From NCBI GenBank assembly GCA_016712025.1, contig JADJRW010000016.1:4794-68793 (forward strand): a stretch of DNA of 64,000 nucleotides, written 5' to 3'. Of this stretch, positions 1 to 10,857 are shown in pieces. Position 1 is the stretch's first letter, and each line of letters begins with the position of its first letter. The position numbers were made by a program, and so were the translations under genes. Below the pieces are notes generated by a model that had not been told where the DNA came from, made no database searches, and was given only the letters and a program-made list of their open reading frames with translations. This stretch comes from Flavobacteriales bacterium. GTDB lineage: Bacteria > Bacteroidota > Bacteroidia > Flavobacteriales_F > PHOS-HE28.

Positions 1-46
1 CAAGGATGTGCTCCGGAAACTGGACCGGATCCGCGCAGCGGCCTGA
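1..46 (+). CDS. 3-prime end of an upstream CDS entering the window (identity not determinable)
   Basis: Frame 2 reads ...KDVLRKLDRIRAAA, then TGA at 44-46, 8 nt before the next ATG. Only 14 codons are visible. Confidence 0.3.
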   Translation, partial: KDVLRKLDRIRAAA

Positions 47-54
47 ACGAAACG

Positions 55-714
55 ATGATGACCATGAAGCTCTTCGGTATGCGGGTGTTCCACGAGGATA
101 TGTGGGAGCTGTTGTTCAAGTTCGGGCTGAACGCCCTGGTGCTGTTCATCCTCATCCGGGTGATCTACTACCCCATCCACCGGAAGAAGGACTACCTCTT
201 CACCTACTTCCTCTTCAACATCCTCATCTTCTTCCTGTGCGTGCTGCTGAACAGCGTGAAGCTGAGCATCGGCTTCGCCTTCGGCCTGTTCGCCATTTTC
301 GGCGTGCTGCGCTACCGCACCGAGCAGATCAGCATCAAGGACATGACCTACTTGTTCGCGGTGATCAGCCTGGCGGTGATCAACGCGTTGGTGAGCAAGA
401 AGATCAGTCTGGCCGAGCTGTTGTTCACCGATGGCATGATCCTGCTGGTGACCTATGCGCTGGAACACGTCTGGCTCACCCGCCACGAGGCCATGCGCAT
501 GTTGATCTACGATCGCATCGACCTGATGCGGCCGGGACAGCGGGAAGCCTTGTACGCGGATCTGCACGCACGCCTCGGGATCAAGGTGAGCCGGGTGGAA
601 GTGGGGCGCATCGATCTATTGCGCGATACGGCCCAGTTGCGCGTGTTCTACTACGAGGATGAGCAGGGCCTGGGCTCGTTCACCGAGATCGCGGGGGACG
701 ACGGGGACGATTAG
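55..714 (+). CDS. DUF4956-like membrane protein
   Basis: 219-aa ORF with N-terminal hydrophobic helices ([55 protein letters not shown]) and a soluble acidic C-terminus. The pattern matches my recollection of DUF4956. G/C-ending codon bias. Confidence 0.6.
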   Translation: MMTMKLFGMRVFHEDMWELLFKFGLNALVLFILIRVIYYPIHRKKDYLFTYFLFNILIFFLCVLLNSVKLSIGFAFGLFAIFGVLRYRTEQISIKDMTYLFAVISLAVINALVSKKISLAELLFTDGMILLVTYALEHVWLTRHEAMRMLIYDRIDLMRPGQREALYADLHARLGIKVSRVEVGRIDLLRDTAQLRVFYYEDEQGLGSFTEIAGDDGDD

Positions 715-1192
715 TCCTTGCCGAGGAGCGCGACCGCGTAGGCGCACACCCCTTCTTCGCGGCCCACGTAACCGAGCTTCTCATTGGTGGTGGCCTTGAT
801 GCCCACGGCATCCTCTTCAACGTCCAGGATGCGGTGCGATCGCCTCGCTTCATGGCGGGGATGTGCGCTCGATCTTCCGGGCGCTCCATCACCAGGCTAC
901 AGTCCACGTTGCCCACGCGCCAACCGCGTTCCCCGATCAAGCGGACCACTTCGCGCAGCAGCCCTTTGCTGTCGGCGCCCTTCCAGCGCGCATCGGTATC
1001 GGGGAAGTGATGACCGATATCCGGCAGCCCGGCGGCACCGAGCAGCGCATCGCATAGCGCATGCAAGAGCACATCCGCATCGCTATGGCCAAGGATGCCA
1101 ACGGAGTGTTCGATGCGAACGCCGCCGAGCCAGAGCGCACGGCCCTCCGCCAGGCGGTGAACATCGAAGCCGAAGCCTACACGGAAGTTCAT
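712..1192 (-). CDS. ispF: 2-C-methyl-D-erythritol 2,4-cyclodiphosphate synthase IspF (frame-disrupted near 845-870)
   Basis: [14 protein letters not shown]...[19 protein letters not shown]...[10 protein letters not shown] is canonical IspF. After ...HIPAMK the ORF frame turns R/P/S-rich. The -1 frame continues [40 protein letters not shown] and stops at 712-714. The ATG overlaps the porV TGA (ATGA at 1189-1192). Confidence 0.85.
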
Positions 1193-2484
1193 TCCTCCGT
1201 GCTCTTCTTCTTCTTGCTCTTGTCGAAGTTGAACCCGAGCGTGAAACGCAGGGTGTTCGCCAGCGGGCTGCGCTGCGTGTTCGCGATCAAGTAGCTCAGG
1301 TCGATGGAAAAGATGCTGTAGCGCACGCCTGCACCCAGCGTGAAATACTTGCGGTTGCCCTTGGTGTAGTGCTCCCAAAAATAACCGGCGCGTACCGCGA
1401 ACTGCTTGGCGTACCAATACTCCAGGCCCCCGGCCAAATTGATCTCGCGGAACTCCTCCTTTGTGTTACTACCCTTGATGAGTTCACCATCTCCTCCATA
1501 GAAGCCCGGCGCATCGCTGAACGACTGGAACAACCCCTGCGCCACGCCCACATCGGGGTTCTTGCCCGATGCGATCTGGAACTCACCCGTAGCCGGGTCC
1601 ACGATGTTGTTCCCGCTGGAGTCAACCGCATATATCGGTGGGGTGGGCACCAACAATTTGTTCGCGTCGAAGTGTATGGAGATGGAGTTATAGTCGTCCA
1701 GGTTGTAGGTGAACCGGGGTCCAAGACGCAAGTTCATCGGAATGAAGTCCCGCTTGGCGGTTTCCGAGTAGGACATCTTGGCGCCGATGTTCGAGATGTT
1801 GAGACCGAAGGCGAAAGTGCCGGTCTTATCGCCCAACTGCAGGTCAGGTTTCTGGTAGTAGACGGAGACGTCCGCAGCCACCGTTTGGCCCGCCTTGGTG
1901 TTGGCATTGTTCACGTTGAGACCACCCGTGAGATTGCTGTTCACGTACCGCACCGCGATGCCGCCGCTGAAGAAGTCGCTGAACTGTTGGGCGAAGGCGA
2001 TGTCCACCGCGAATTCAGCTGGCTTGAACTCCCTGATCGGCTGGCCATTGATATCGGTGAACTGGATACTGCCCAGATCGAAATAACGCAGCGAACCGCC
2101 GATCGTGCTGCGCTTGTTACCCAAACGGCCATAACCTGCCAGGTAAGCGAGGCTCATGTCAGGCACCAAATTGCGCAGCCAGGGACTGAAGGAGATGGCG
2201 AACTCGCCATCGTTGGGAGCGAAGGCCAGTTTGGCGGGGTTCCAGTGGATCGCGTTCACATCCGGGGAGATGGCCACGCCGGCATCGCCCATACCACCCG
2301 CCCTGGAATCCACCGAGATCATAAGAAAAGGGACCGCTGTAGTGATCGTGTTCAGGTCCTTTCCGCAGGGTTGCCCGGTGATCTCGTTGACGCAATCAGA
2401 ACTTACCTGAGCATGCGCTGTCGGTATGACAGTGAAAGCCATGAACGTGATGACGAAGAAGTACAGTGGACGTAGCACGTGCAT
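1189..2484 (-). CDS. porV: T9SS outer-membrane channel/shuttle protein PorV
   Basis: 431-aa ORF with a signal peptide (FMAFTVIPTAHAQ). Contains PFLMISVDSRAGGMGDAGVAISPDVNAIHWNPAKLAF and beta-barrel-like alternating sequence. Lies immediately downstream of porU, as in other Bacteroidota. Confidence 0.9.
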   Translation of the reverse strand: MHVLRPLYFFVITFMAFTVIPTAHAQVSSDCVNEITGQPCGKDLNTITTAVPFLMISVDSRAGGMGDAGVAISPDVNAIHWNPAKLAFAPNDGEFAISFSPWLRNLVPDMSLAYLAGYGRLGNKRSTIGGSLRYFDLGSIQFTDINGQPIREFKPAEFAVDIAFAQQFSDFFSGGIAVRYVNSNLTGGLNVNNANTKAGQTVAADVSVYYQKPDLQLGDKTGTFAFGLNISNIGAKMSYSETAKRDFIPMNLRLGPRFTYNLDDYNSISIHFDANKLLVPTPPIYAVDSSGNNIVDPATGEFQIASGKNPDVGVAQGLFQSFSDAPGFYGGDGELIKGSNTKEEFREINLAGGLEYWYAKQFAVRAGYFWEHYTKGNRKYFTLGAGVRYSIFSIDLSYLIANTQRSPLANTLRFTLGFNFDKSKKKKSTEE

Positions 2485-2552
2485 CAGGGTAGGTTCAGGA
2501 AAAAGGACGGCAAATATACGGGGCTCTAGTGTGGTTTATTGTCCGCGGTGGT

Positions 2553-5500
2553 TCAACGCAGGATCACCAGTTTCTCGTATTTCTCGGCCTTGTCCCCTTC
2601 TTCGGTCACCACGTTGAGGCGGTAGACATAGACCCCCCGGCCCAACTTGTCGCCTTGATCGTCCAGACCATCCCATGCCATGGGCTCGGATCGGAAGCCC
2701 TCGCAGGCCAGCTGGCGGTTCAAGGTCTTCACCAGGCGACCGGCCACGGTGAAGACTTGGACCTGCACATCGAGCGTGGAGCACGGGCGGTTGTGTTCGA
2801 AGAAGAACTGGGTGTTGGTGGTGAAGGGATTGGGGTAGTTGAGCACGTGCTCCAGGGCCAGTTCGGCGCTTGGCGCCACTACGAACTCGGTACCGGCCTC
2901 GGTGGAATTGTTGAACACGTCCCAAGCCTTCACCCGAAGGGTATGGTTGCCTTCCGCCAGATCGCTGAATCGGTACCTGACCTTCCCGCTCTTGTAGGAA
3001 TCGAGGTCGGCATCATACTGATCGTTCAGCACGATGGTCTGGTTGGTGTTCTCGTCCAGAATGGCCACCAGGTCATGCCCGATGCTGCTGCCCAGCGTGT
3101 TGATGCCGTTCTGGTCAAAAAAGCTTCACAAGGAGCATCGGGGTTTCATTGGTGATCCCGCCACGCACGAACCGCTCATCATTCATATACACCCGGACAC
3201 TTGGGCCCTTGCTCGTCCAAGGCCACATCGGTCGCGGTGCCGCCCACGAGCACGGCGTCGTCCCCGCCGCACGCTTGGTCTCGAAATTTTCCGCGTAGCA
3301 GCTGATCCTTCCCGGACCCACCTGGTAGGAGATATCCTTGGGCACCACGAACGTGAAGCTGAAGACCCCGCTAGCGACCGTGGCCTTGCCGCGATAGATG
3401 ATGCCTTTACGAATGCTGAAGGGGAACGAGGAGCCTCCGTCATTGGCCAACGTGGACTGTTGCATCCGTTTGTCGAATACTGTTGGTATCACCAGTCCGT
3501 TGAGGTCGGAGAGCAATGTTCCATTGCCGTCCACCACCTCGCCGGTAATGCGTATGGTGGCGAGTGCTTCCAAAGTATCCACGGCCGTGCCGAGCGTATC
3601 GGTGATGGCCGTGATGCGCACATCATTGCGCGGCACGGCAAGACGGAGGCTCGGGTCGCCCAGAAGGGCGAAATTCCGATGGTTGGTCTGCGTGGGTTGA
3701 GCGGAGGTGATATCGCGCTTGGTGCGGCGATAGGTATCGCCCAGCGTGGCGGCACGTCCCAGTTCGTCCTGCTTCTCGAACACATGGTCATAAAAGTACT
3801 GGGAGAGCTGGAAGTTCTGTGTGCTGTAGGCGATCCTGGTGGTGGTCATCAGGCCGATGCCTCCTCCAGCAGGATTGAGCACCACATACTCGCCGGCCGA
3901 GGTGCGCCCCGGATCGTCCCAGCGTGAGAACTCACACGTCGCCGTCATGAAGAGCGGCATTCGCTCACTATTGGTCCAGCCCAATATGGTGGAGTTGTCG
4001 AGGAAGCGTTCGTGCGCCCAGCCCACTTCGCCCCCGTGGCCCACGTAGTTCACGACCAACGCGCCACGCTGCACCTGGTCCCGCAAAGCATCCTGCGCTT
4101 CGAAGTAGCGCTCCCCTCCGGCCGTGCTGGACTGTTGATAGGCGTCCAGATAGATCTTCGAAACGTTGAAGCAGGGGTAGTCCGCCTCCGCTCCGGTGGC
4201 GAGTTGGTCGCTTTGGCTCATATGGATGGCTCCTTCGAACCCGTCCCCTTCCTGATCATCGCTTGCGAACACCAACAAGCTGCGCCAATCGTTCGCGCCA
4301 CCATCCGCACCCACTGCGCATTGTGCCTCAGAACTACCCTGAAGGGTCAGGCGATCGTACCGCAGGATCTTGTCGGCCATTTCCGCGGCTTGGTCCGAAT
4401 TTGAGATCGGCAACCTCCCTACCCCGATGTCCACGAGATCACCTTGATACTCACCCTCGCTGTCATCCAAGAGGCCGAAGTAATCGTCCGAGCAATAACT
4501 CAACGAGGCATGCCAGGAGTTGGAGGTCTGATAACTGGGGATCCAGTTCTGGTTGCTGTTGGAGCGCGAAAGGTTGTTGTACGAACCATCGCCGAACAAG
4601 AGCAGATAGCGGGGCATCAGCGCCAGGTCGGTGCCGGCGCGATCGTAAAGCAGTTTCATGTACCGCTTGATGGCCGTGGCGTCGCGCATGCCGGACGAGA
4701 ACTCATTGAAGATCTCCTGGGGGGTCACCATTTTCACCGTGAGCCCTTCGGACACGCGTCGTTGAGCGATGCGCATGGCGCTGCTGGCGAACTCAGGCGG
4801 GGTAACAATCACCAGGTCGGTGGGCAGGGTGGTCGCATGCAAGTTCTGATTGGCCACCCGCCCGGCCGGGTAGGGAACGCGCAGTGAATTCGGACGGAAT
4901 GCCGCGAAATGCCTCAAGGAATCCGTCCGGAGGCGGAAGACCTTCTGCATGTTGTTATCCGTGAAGTCCACACTGGCGGCCAGCGTGGGTCCGTCACGTC
5001 CCACAGGCCGAGCGTGCCTTGCGCCAGGTCCAATGTGAACTCCGTGATCTCCCCGGGACCTACGCTGGTGAGGTCGCGGAATAGAACGCTGATCACCCGC
5101 CATCTTCGGGTCCCGGCGCAAATTCACTTCCAGGAAGTTCATCCAACCGATGGACGATACCGGGTTGTGCTTGATGAAGCTCACCGTAACGGGCAGGTTG
5201 TTCCCGTTCGCGTTGAAGCAAAAGGTCTGTTGGGTCGGCTTGGCCTGCTCGCCGGTGTAGCCCGTGCCCACACCGGCCACGCTGAAGGTGGACTCCAATA
5301 GACCCGATACGATCCGCCACTGGCTGGCATTGGAGGTCCCAATTGTTCGACTCAACACACTCACCCGCAAACACACCTCATCCTGAAGCCGGATCCAAGA
5401 TGTCTCGAAATTGTAGTTGTAGGTGGTAACGATGTCGTACGTCTCAGCGAAGAGGTTCCGGCCGGACTTCAGCAATGTGGTATAGTCCTTCTCGATGAAT

Positions 5501-6564
5501 TGGCGATCATCGAAGGAATCGCTGGAGCGGGTGGCGGGGTCGGTCACTTGCGGGAGCGATGTGATACGCAGCGGCAGTTCGTCCGCTACACCGATGCCAA
5601 TGAAGTAGGAGGCCGTGTCGGTGAACACATGCTTCGTGTGCGCGAACCAGTTGGTGCCGTTCTCCGGGTCCCAGCGCTGGGCGCCTGTGGCATAGAACAC
5701 GAGCCGATCGCCGGGCCCGAATTGGCCATCCCCGCCATCCTCCATAAGAATGGCGTTCTGCAGCAGATCTGACGGCCGGTCCACGGAGTTCTCGAAAGGC
5801 AGCATGCCGAAGTGGTTCCCATAGACGTTCACCTGATCCGATGGCACTTCGCCATTGAGCCCCATGTCCGTGAGCATGGAATGCGTAACCTCGTACACAC
5901 CGTCCTCCAGCACTAGGACGCGGTACCAATCCCCGGTGGCCAACTTGCTCGTTGTCGGCCCCGATTTGGGCATACCGACGCCTCCGGTCCCATGCGTTTC
6001 CACGAATTCCACCTTATAGTTGAGCAGGCGCTCCCATGCTCCTGTTCCAGGGTTGTGGCGATAGGGATAGATATCCACCAGGGCAAAGGGTTGCTTGCGT
6101 TCCCATCCAAGCCGTGAACGCACCTCCGGAGCGGACATTTCTCCGGTGAGCCCAGGAAGAGCCGCTACCTCACTCGCCGTCATGGGAACAAAAACCTGTT
6201 CCGTCAAATGAGCGGTGAAGCCTACCGTGCCAGCAGAAAGTTGGCGGGTCTCATGGAAGTACGGCAGATCCGCGCGTTCAGCGTCGTAGAAAAGACGTCG
6301 ATCCGAAGCGGGCTTAGTGGCGGGGACGGAACGTTCACGGTTGTCCTCGATCCCGGCCCCGGTTCTGCCCGAGGATACTTCGGTGGAAGGAGCTACCGGC
6401 TGGGCAACGGTCGGGAGCGTGCGTTGCGTCTGCGGTGGGTTGATTGGCCGCGACTGCGGTGCATCGACCTTCGTAGGCTTAAGGTTGGATCGATCCTGCT
6501 GAGCATGGAGTCCTGTCGGGAGGATCAGAATGGTCGCTAGACCGAGGAGAAGTGGGCGCGTCAT
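2553..6564 (-). CDS. porU: T9SS sortase PorU (C25-type peptidase); disrupted by about 5 indels in this sequence
   Basis: ORFs 3115..6591 and 2553..3068 join into one protein. Signal peptide MTRPLLLGLATILILPTGLHA. Candidate His/Cys dyad VNYVGHGGEVGW ... LFMTATCEFSRWDD. C-terminal sorting-type domain LNYPNPFTTNTQFFF...GVYVYRL. Out-of-frame stretches are restored by alternative frames (see findings). Confidence 0.85.
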
Positions 6565-6733
6565 GAACACTGATGAACAGGTTTTCAACAAGAATGACCG
6601 AAAGTACTACCTTTCGACCCTTGCCTTTCCGAACATGGGCTGTAACGAAGCTTGGTCCAGATCATTGTGGACCGGGGGTGGGAACCGCAAAGCAATGAGG
6701 TGCGTATACTTGGCGTTCGCAGCAGAGCTACGG

Positions 6734-7723
6734 ATGATGGGAAGCGTGATCAGGGGAAAAGCACTTCGTGCAGCCATAGTGTTGGCAGGATGTATAGGAC
6801 TAGTGGGTACAACACGGGCGCAAGACCCGCAGTTCACCCAGTTCTATGCGAACCCGCTCTATTTGAACCCGGCGTTCGCAGGAACGGCACGCTGCCCGCG
6901 CGTTGCATTGAACTACCGCAATCAGTGGCCAGCCCTCACAGGCACCTTTGTGACCACAAGCGCGAGCTTCGATCAGCATGTGGATGCGATCCTTGGTGGT
7001 CTAGGGATTTTGGTGACCCACGACCAGGCTGGAAAAGGCACGCTGAACACCACCACAGTGAGTGGCATCTACTCCTACCAACTGGCGATCTCCCGAAAAT
7101 TCTCCATGAAATTCGGCGTCCAGGCGACCTACTTCCAGAAGTCGCTGGATTGGAGCAAGTTGACCTTCGGCGATCAAATCGACCCGCGCCGAGGTTTCAT
7201 CTACACCACGAATGATGTCCCCCGGGGCGGAACCGTAGGTAACGCTGATTTTTCAGCCGGTGTACTGGGGTATACCGACATCTTCTTTGTGGGAGCGGCC
7301 GTGCATCATCTCACCCAACCGAACGAGAGCCTGATCGTAGGCACCTCGCGTCTGCCGATGAAGATCACAGGCCATGCAGGGGCTTCGATCCCATTGGGCA
7401 TGAAGGGGAAGTACGGTGAAGCGAAGACAAGGATCGCTCCGAACATCATTTTCCAACAGCAAGCGCAATTCCGCCAACTCAATCTCGGCCTCTACATCGA
7501 CCACGGCCCGATCACGGCCGGAGTCTGGTACCGCACACGTGATGCCTTCATCGCGATGGTCGGGTTCCATACCGAAAAGTTGAAGTTCGGATACAGCTAC
7601 GACGTCACCACCTCCAAGCTGACCACCGCTACAGCCGGGTCGCACGAGGTGAGCGTGCAACTACAGTTCAACTGCAAGCCCAAGAAAAGAAGGTTCCGCG
7701 TAGTAGCGTGCCCAACGTTCTAG
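6734..7723 (+). CDS. T9SS membrane protein, PorP/SprF family
   Basis: Start chosen at MMGSVIRGK... with a signal peptide ending GTTRAQDPQFTQFYANPLYLNPAFAGT, the hallmark PorP/SprF N-terminus. Beta-barrel-like remainder. Divergent from porU and upstream of gldJ. Confidence 0.85.
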   Translation: MMGSVIRGKALRAAIVLAGCIGLVGTTRAQDPQFTQFYANPLYLNPAFAGTARCPRVALNYRNQWPALTGTFVTTSASFDQHVDAILGGLGILVTHDQAGKGTLNTTTVSGIYSYQLAISRKFSMKFGVQATYFQKSLDWSKLTFGDQIDPRRGFIYTTNDVPRGGTVGNADFSAGVLGYTDIFFVGAAVHHLTQPNESLIVGTSRLPMKITGHAGASIPLGMKGKYGEAKTRIAPNIIFQQQAQFRQLNLGLYIDHGPITAGVWYRTRDAFIAMVGFHTEKLKFGYSYDVTTSKLTTATAGSHEVSVQLQFNCKPKKRRFRVVACPTF

Positions 7724-7756
7724 GCCCCTTTCCTGCAAACGCAAAAATACCAGACC

Positions 7757-9510
7757 ATGGACAGCGTAAGGAAGATCGCATTCCTGGCCGCAAGCACCGC
7801 CCTCTTCAGCTCCTGCCAGTTCGAGAAGAGCGGTGCCACCGGTTGGAACTACAATGACTCAAAGAACGGCGGCTTCGAAAAGGCGCCCTTCGAGGAGCAG
7901 GAGAACGGCCCCGGTTTGATCCTCGTCGAAGGTGGCCAGTTCACCATGGGTCGGCAAACTGACGACCTGACCCACGAGTGGAACAACATCCCGCGAACGG
8001 TGACGGTGAGTTCCTTTTATATGGACGAGGTGGAAGTGACCAACTTCTACTGGCTCGAATACCTCTACTGGTTGGAGCGTGTCTTCGTAGCCGACTATCC
8101 GGAAATTTACAAGAAGGCCCTTCCGGACACACTGGTCTGGCGCACCAAATTGGCGTTCAATGAGCCCTACACCGAGTACTACTTGCGCCATCCGGCATAC
8201 CGTGACTATCCAGTGGTGGGTATCAACTGGCTGCAAGCCAACGATTATTGCGCGTGGCGCACGGACCGGGTGAACGAGGTGATCCTGATCCGCGAAGGTC
8301 TCTTCGAGCACTACCCCAACCAGATCAACGAAGACCACTTCACCACCGACGCTTATGCCGCCGGGCAATACGAGAGCGGTAAGAAGGTGGACGGCGTGCA
8401 GGACTTCAATCCGAACAAGGACACAAGGAACATCAAGATGGAGGATGGCATCCTACTGCCCAGGTACCGCTTGCCGACAGAAGCGGAATGGGAGTACGCG
8501 GCTTTCGGCTTGGTGGGCAATACCGTGGACGAACGCATCATCGAGCGCCGGATCATCCTTGGAACGGACACTGGGTGCGCTACGATAGTCGCAAGAAGGG
8601 AGGTGCTTTCTATGGTGACTTCCGCGGCAACTTCATGCGGGGACGAGGCGACTACATGGGTGTTGCCGGTAGTCTGAACGACAATGCGGACATCACAGCT
8701 CCGGTATTCAGCTATTGGCCCAACGACTATGGCCTTTATAACATGGCCGGCAACGTGAGCGAGTGGGTGATGGACGTATATCGCCCGTTGAGCCCCGAGG
8801 ACAAGGATGACTTCCGCGCTTTCCGCGGAAGTGTGTTCAAGACCAAAGTGCTGAACAGCGATGGTGCCGTGCAGGACAAACACGATCTAGTGGTGTACGA
8901 CGTGGAAGGCATCAAGTATTTCCTTGTGGAGTTCCAAAAGGAAATGCAGCGCAAGGCCACCCCGGAAGAGGCCAAACTCATCGACGACCTTCTAGTAGCT
9001 ATCGATCAGTCCATCGAGTTCAAGAATACCCGGAAGGAGGACGCGGCCTACCAGCGGGTACAGGACATGGTGGACATGATCAAGGGCCAGGATCTGGACA
9101 TCAGTCCAAAGCTCCTGAGCGGCATCAGCGACTACCAGAGCGACCAGCCCGGGGACGTGCGGATGCGCAATGTGACCGTGGAAGAGAACATCGACCGCCG
9201 CAACTATCGCGATGCCGACAATATCGACTACCGCGATGGCGATATCGAGAGCAGCATCTTCTACGAGAATCCCGACTTCGAGGGCAATCCGATGTATGAT
9301 TGGGGCAAAACCACCTTGGTGAACGACCACGCCCGTGTTTTCAAGGGCGCTAGCTGGGGTGATCGCGTGTACTGGGCGAACCCGGGCACCCGCCGCTTCC
9401 TGGACGAACGTCAAAGCACTTCCATGATCGGCTTCCGTTGCGCGATGACGCGTGTTGGCAGCCCGGTCGGTATGGGGGATGACAGACGCCGGGGCAAGCT
9501 GAAACGATAG
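7757..9510 (+). CDS. gldJ: Gliding motility lipoprotein GldJ (frame-disrupted near 8551-8560)
   Basis: Lipobox LFSSC. FGE/SUMF1-like motifs (GGQFTMG, INWLQANDYCAWRT, YRLPTEAEWEYAA, GLYNMAGNVSEWVMD, RVFKGASW). ORF 7757..8677 and ORF 8488..9510 join at ...ERRI / PWNGHWVRYDSRKKGG. Confidence 0.85.
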
Positions 9511-9529
9511 ATAAGCGTACCTAGTTTTG

Positions 9530-9560
9530 GACCCCGGCCTCTAGCCGGGGTCTTCTTTTT
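9530..9560 (+). terminator. Rho-independent terminator after gldJ
   Basis: GACCCCGGC-ctcta-GCCGGGGTC hairpin (9-bp stem) followed by TTCTTTTT, ending 1 nt before the murF ATG. Confidence 0.55.
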
Positions 9561-9561
9561 C

Positions 9562-10857
9562 ATGCAAGAGATCGCATCACTCCATTCCCGGCTCAATAGC
9601 TGTTCCGGGGTATGCACGGATACGCGTCACCTTCTGGCCAACGGGATGTTCTTCGCTTTCCGCGGGCCGAATTACAACGCCAACACTTTCGCGGGCGAGG
9701 CATTGGGACAAGGCTGTGCCTATGCGGTAGTGGACGATCCGTCCGTAGTGCGGGATGACCGCTTCGTATTGGTTCCGGACGTGTTACGGAGCCTACAGGA
9801 ATTGGCTAGGTATCATCGTCGCCAGTTCGACATACCAGTGCTCGCGATCACAGGAACGAATGGAAAGACCACTACGAAAGAACTGGTGCATGAGGTGCTC
9901 CGCGCGGACCGCCCCACCTTGGCCACCGTGGGCAATTTCAACAACCACATCGGTGTTCCGCTCACCCTGCTCGGACTTTCCCGAGAGCACGAGATCGCAA
10001 TTGTCGAGATGGGTGCCAACCATGTGGGCGATATCGCGGAGCTGGTCGCTATCGCCGAACCCACCCATGGGCTTATCACCAATATCGGCCGCGCTCATTT
10101 GGAAGGTTTTGGCGGTTATGAAGGTGTGGTTCGTGCAAAAACGGAGCTTTACCACTACTTGTTCGAACATGCTGGCACCGCGTTCCTGAACGCCGATGAC
10201 GATCTCCTGGTCGAGAAGAGCGCGGGCCTTCGGACCAGCACCTATGGCACGCGCGAGACCTCTTCTACAAAAGGTTCGTTGCACGGAGCGGGAGCTTTCC
10301 TATCCTTCACCTTCCGAAGTGAACTCGGCATCGAGCGACAGGTGCACACGCGTTTGATCGGAGCGTACAACCTACAGAACGCATTGGCGGCCGCGCACAT
10401 CGGCGCGTACTTCCGGGTTCCGGAAGAAACGATCGTGAGCGCTCTGGAGGGTTACGTGCCGGGCAACAACCGATCACAATACGTTGACACCGGACGCAAC
10501 CGATTGATCCTGGACGCTTACAATGCGAACCCCTCCAGTATGCGCGCAGCTCTCGAGAATTTCGCCGCGATGAGTTCCGACCTTCCCAAGCTGGCCGTGA
10601 TGGGCGGCATGAAGGAACTCGGTGCGGAAAGCCGCGATGAGCACATGGCGGTCATCAAGCTCGCAACGGACCTGGGCGTGAAAGCGATCTACGTCGGGCC
10701 GGAGTTCGAAGCGGTGCGGAACAGCTTATCCGGCTCTGTCCATCCCGACGCCGATGCTGCGCTCCGAGCGTTCTCAGCAGACCCGATCACCGGGCACCTT
10801 GTGCTGCTGAAAGGCTCTCGTGGGACCCGGTTGGAGACCCTTATCCCCGCATTCTAG
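9562..10857 (+). CDS. murF: UDP-N-acetylmuramoyl-tripeptide--D-alanyl-D-alanine ligase MurF
   Basis: 431 aa. CTDTR...F.A..G, P-loop ITGTNGKTTTKE, and a Mur ligase middle/C-terminal pattern (DAYNANPSSM). Confidence 0.9.
   Translation: MQEIASLHSRLNSCSGVCTDTRHLLANGMFFAFRGPNYNANTFAGEALGQGCAYAVVDDPSVVRDDRFVLVPDVLRSLQELARYHRRQFDIPVLAITGTNGKTTTKELVHEVLRADRPTLATVGNFNNHIGVPLTLLGLSREHEIAIVEMGANHVGDIAELVAIAEPTHGLITNIGRAHLEGFGGYEGVVRAKTELYHYLFEHAGTAFLNADDDLLVEKSAGLRTSTYGTRETSSTKGSLHGAGAFLSFTFRSELGIERQVHTRLIGAYNLQNALAAAHIGAYFRVPEETIVSALEGYVPGNNRSQYVDTGRNRLILDAYNANPSSMRAALENFAAMSSDLPKLAVMGGMKELGAESRDEHMAVIKLATDLGVKAIYVGPEFEAVRNSLSGSVHPDADAALRAFSADPITGHLVLLKGSRGTRLETLIPAF

Noticed and set aside
6-662. 218-aa ORF overlapping the DUF4956 gene in another frame
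   Set aside because: It has R/P/H/G-rich composition. The alternative frame (55..714) gives a coherent membrane protein.
784-2475. 563-aa plus-strand ORF
   Set aside because: It is entirely antisense to ispF and porV, which have strong family signatures. Its R/A/G/H-rich composition is typical of a spurious antisense ORF in GC-rich DNA.
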